Both the position numbers and the translations under genes were made by a program. Shown here one piece after another: positions 63,351 to 64,000 of a DNA stretch of 64,000 bases; the first letter of the stretch is position 1, and each line of letters starts with the position of its first letter. The stretch is from Bacteroidota bacterium (GTDB lineage Bacteria > Bacteroidota > Bacteroidia > NS11-12g > UBA955), in contig JANXMZ010000044.1 of assembly GCA_025354385.1 (NCBI GenBank), positions 1,069 through 65,068 on the forward strand, given 5' to 3'. The notes beneath the pieces were generated by a model that worked only from the letters and a program-made list of their open reading frames with translations, was not told the origin of the DNA and did no database searches.

Positions 63351-63358
63351 TAAATTTG
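63351..63358 (+). promoter_or_regulatory. Candidate -7 element TAAATTTG upstream of pckA
   Basis: Matches TAnnTTTG 30 nt upstream of the ATG. No well-placed -33 TTTG. Confidence 0.25.
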
Positions 63359-63387
63359 CACCCTTTAAAAAGTAAAAATTAGAAACA

Positions 63388-64000
63388 ATGAATAATCAAG
63401 AAATTTTATCAGGGGTTATTGCCAATGCTGCCAATGCTTTTATTAACTTAAGTACAGATGAACTGGTGCAAAAAGCAATTGAAAGAAACGAAGGTGTAAT
63501 TACAGACAATGGTGCCTTAGCTGCAGATACTGGCGAATTCACTGGACGTTCTCCAAAAGATAAGTTTACCGTTTGTGATGAAAAAACTGAAAACACAGTT
63601 TGGTGGGGCGATGTTAATTTCAAATTTGAACCATCAAAATTCGACGCCTTATTAACAAAAGTGTTGAATCACTACCAAGGCAAGGATTTATTTGTAAGAG
63701 ATGCCTATGCCTGTGCCGATCCTCAATATCAACTAAATATTAAAGTTGTTACCGAAACGGCTTACCAGAATTTATTTGCTAAAAATTTATTCTTACGTCC
63801 GGAAAATAACAACGAAACACCAACAGAATGGTTGATTCTTGCTGCTCCTTCTTTTAGCGCGATAGCTGCAGAAGATGGAACCCGTCAGCACAATTTCTCT
63901 ATCATTAATTTTACAAGAAAAATTATTTTAATAGGTGGTTCAGGTTATACTGGGGAAATTAAAAAAGGAATATTCACTGTTCTTAATTATATTTTACCAC
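63388..64000 (+). CDS. pckA: Phosphoenolpyruvate carboxykinase (ATP), 5' part
   Basis: MNNQEILSGV...TGRSPKDKF. Open to the window end, so it is absent from the ORF track. Confidence 0.85.
   Translation, partial: MNNQEILSGVIANAANAFINLSTDELVQKAIERNEGVITDNGALAADTGEFTGRSPKDKFTVCDEKTENTVWWGDVNFKFEPSKFDALLTKVLNHYQGKDLFVRDAYACADPQYQLNIKVVTETAYQNLFAKNLFLRPENNNETPTEWLILAAPSFSAIAAEDGTRQHNFSIINFTRKIILIGGSGYTGEIKKGIFTVLNYILP

Noticed and set aside
63396-63623. 75-aa minus-strand ORF
   Set aside because: It is antisense to the clear pckA N-terminus (TGRSPKDKF motif on the + strand).

Overview
This is an AT-rich (about 37% GC) chromosomal window that reads as Bacteroidota. The family assignment rests on T9SS components (PorP/SprF-like protein, type A and type B C-terminal sorting domains), a GxxExxY gene, TAnnTTTG-type -7 promoter motifs, and an S10 operon that follows fusA directly with no tuf gene.

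The core of the window (7.6-24.6 kb) is an almost gap-free ribosomal super-operon, transcribed on the + strand: rpsL-rpsG-fusA-rpsJ-rplCDWB-rpsS-rplV-rpsC-rplP-rpmC-rpsQ-rplNXE-rpsNH-rplFR-rpsE-rpmD-rplO-secY-infA-rpmJ-rpsMKD-rpoA-rplQ. It ends in a clean intrinsic terminator.

Flanking housekeeping genes:
- SUI1/YciH
- a YegS-like lipid kinase
- fmt
- a TlpA-like redoxin
- an LpxH-like phosphoesterase
- an LTA-synthase-family sulfatase
- a SIMPL protein
- a THUMP RNA methyltransferase
- lpxB
- thiolase
- an M28 peptidase plus a PorP/SprF-like protein
- FSA/transaldolase
- a peptide-utilisation locus (two POT transporters plus an S9 DPP-IV-like peptidase)
- a YyaL thioredoxin-domain protein
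- tex
- an RsmB-like methyltransferase
- guaA
- a PKD-repeat T9SS type B cargo protein
- dnaX
- the 5' part of pckA

Points worth a second look:
1. An 840-bp cassette bounded by perfect 21-bp inverted repeats carries a GxxExxY (PD-(D/E)XK-like) gene. This is the architecture of a 23S rRNA intervening sequence, but here it sits between protein-coding genes.
2. dnaX is split at an A10 homopolymer placed exactly at the domain III/IV (gamma/tau) boundary. The in-frame product is gamma-length, and the full tau C-terminus lies in the -1 frame. Either this is programmed slippage with the opposite polarity to E. coli, or it is a homopolymer sequencing error.
3. An envelope-stress-like module (ECF sigma, anti-sigma, Spy-like protein) is transcribed divergently from an operon for a redoxin lipoprotein and a CxxCH haem-motif protein with copper-monooxygenase-like His/Met motifs.
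4. Two tandem paralogous 887-aa arylsulfotransferase (ASST)-like beta-propeller proteins are exported by T9SS.
5. Downstream of tex there is a tandem duplication of about 190 bp with two conserved GC-rich hairpins, a possible structured RNA.
6. Downstream of the fsa gene there is a GC-rich direct/inverted repeat array and a 15-bp x4 minisatellite.

No rRNA or CRISPR was found, and no tRNA was recognised by eye.
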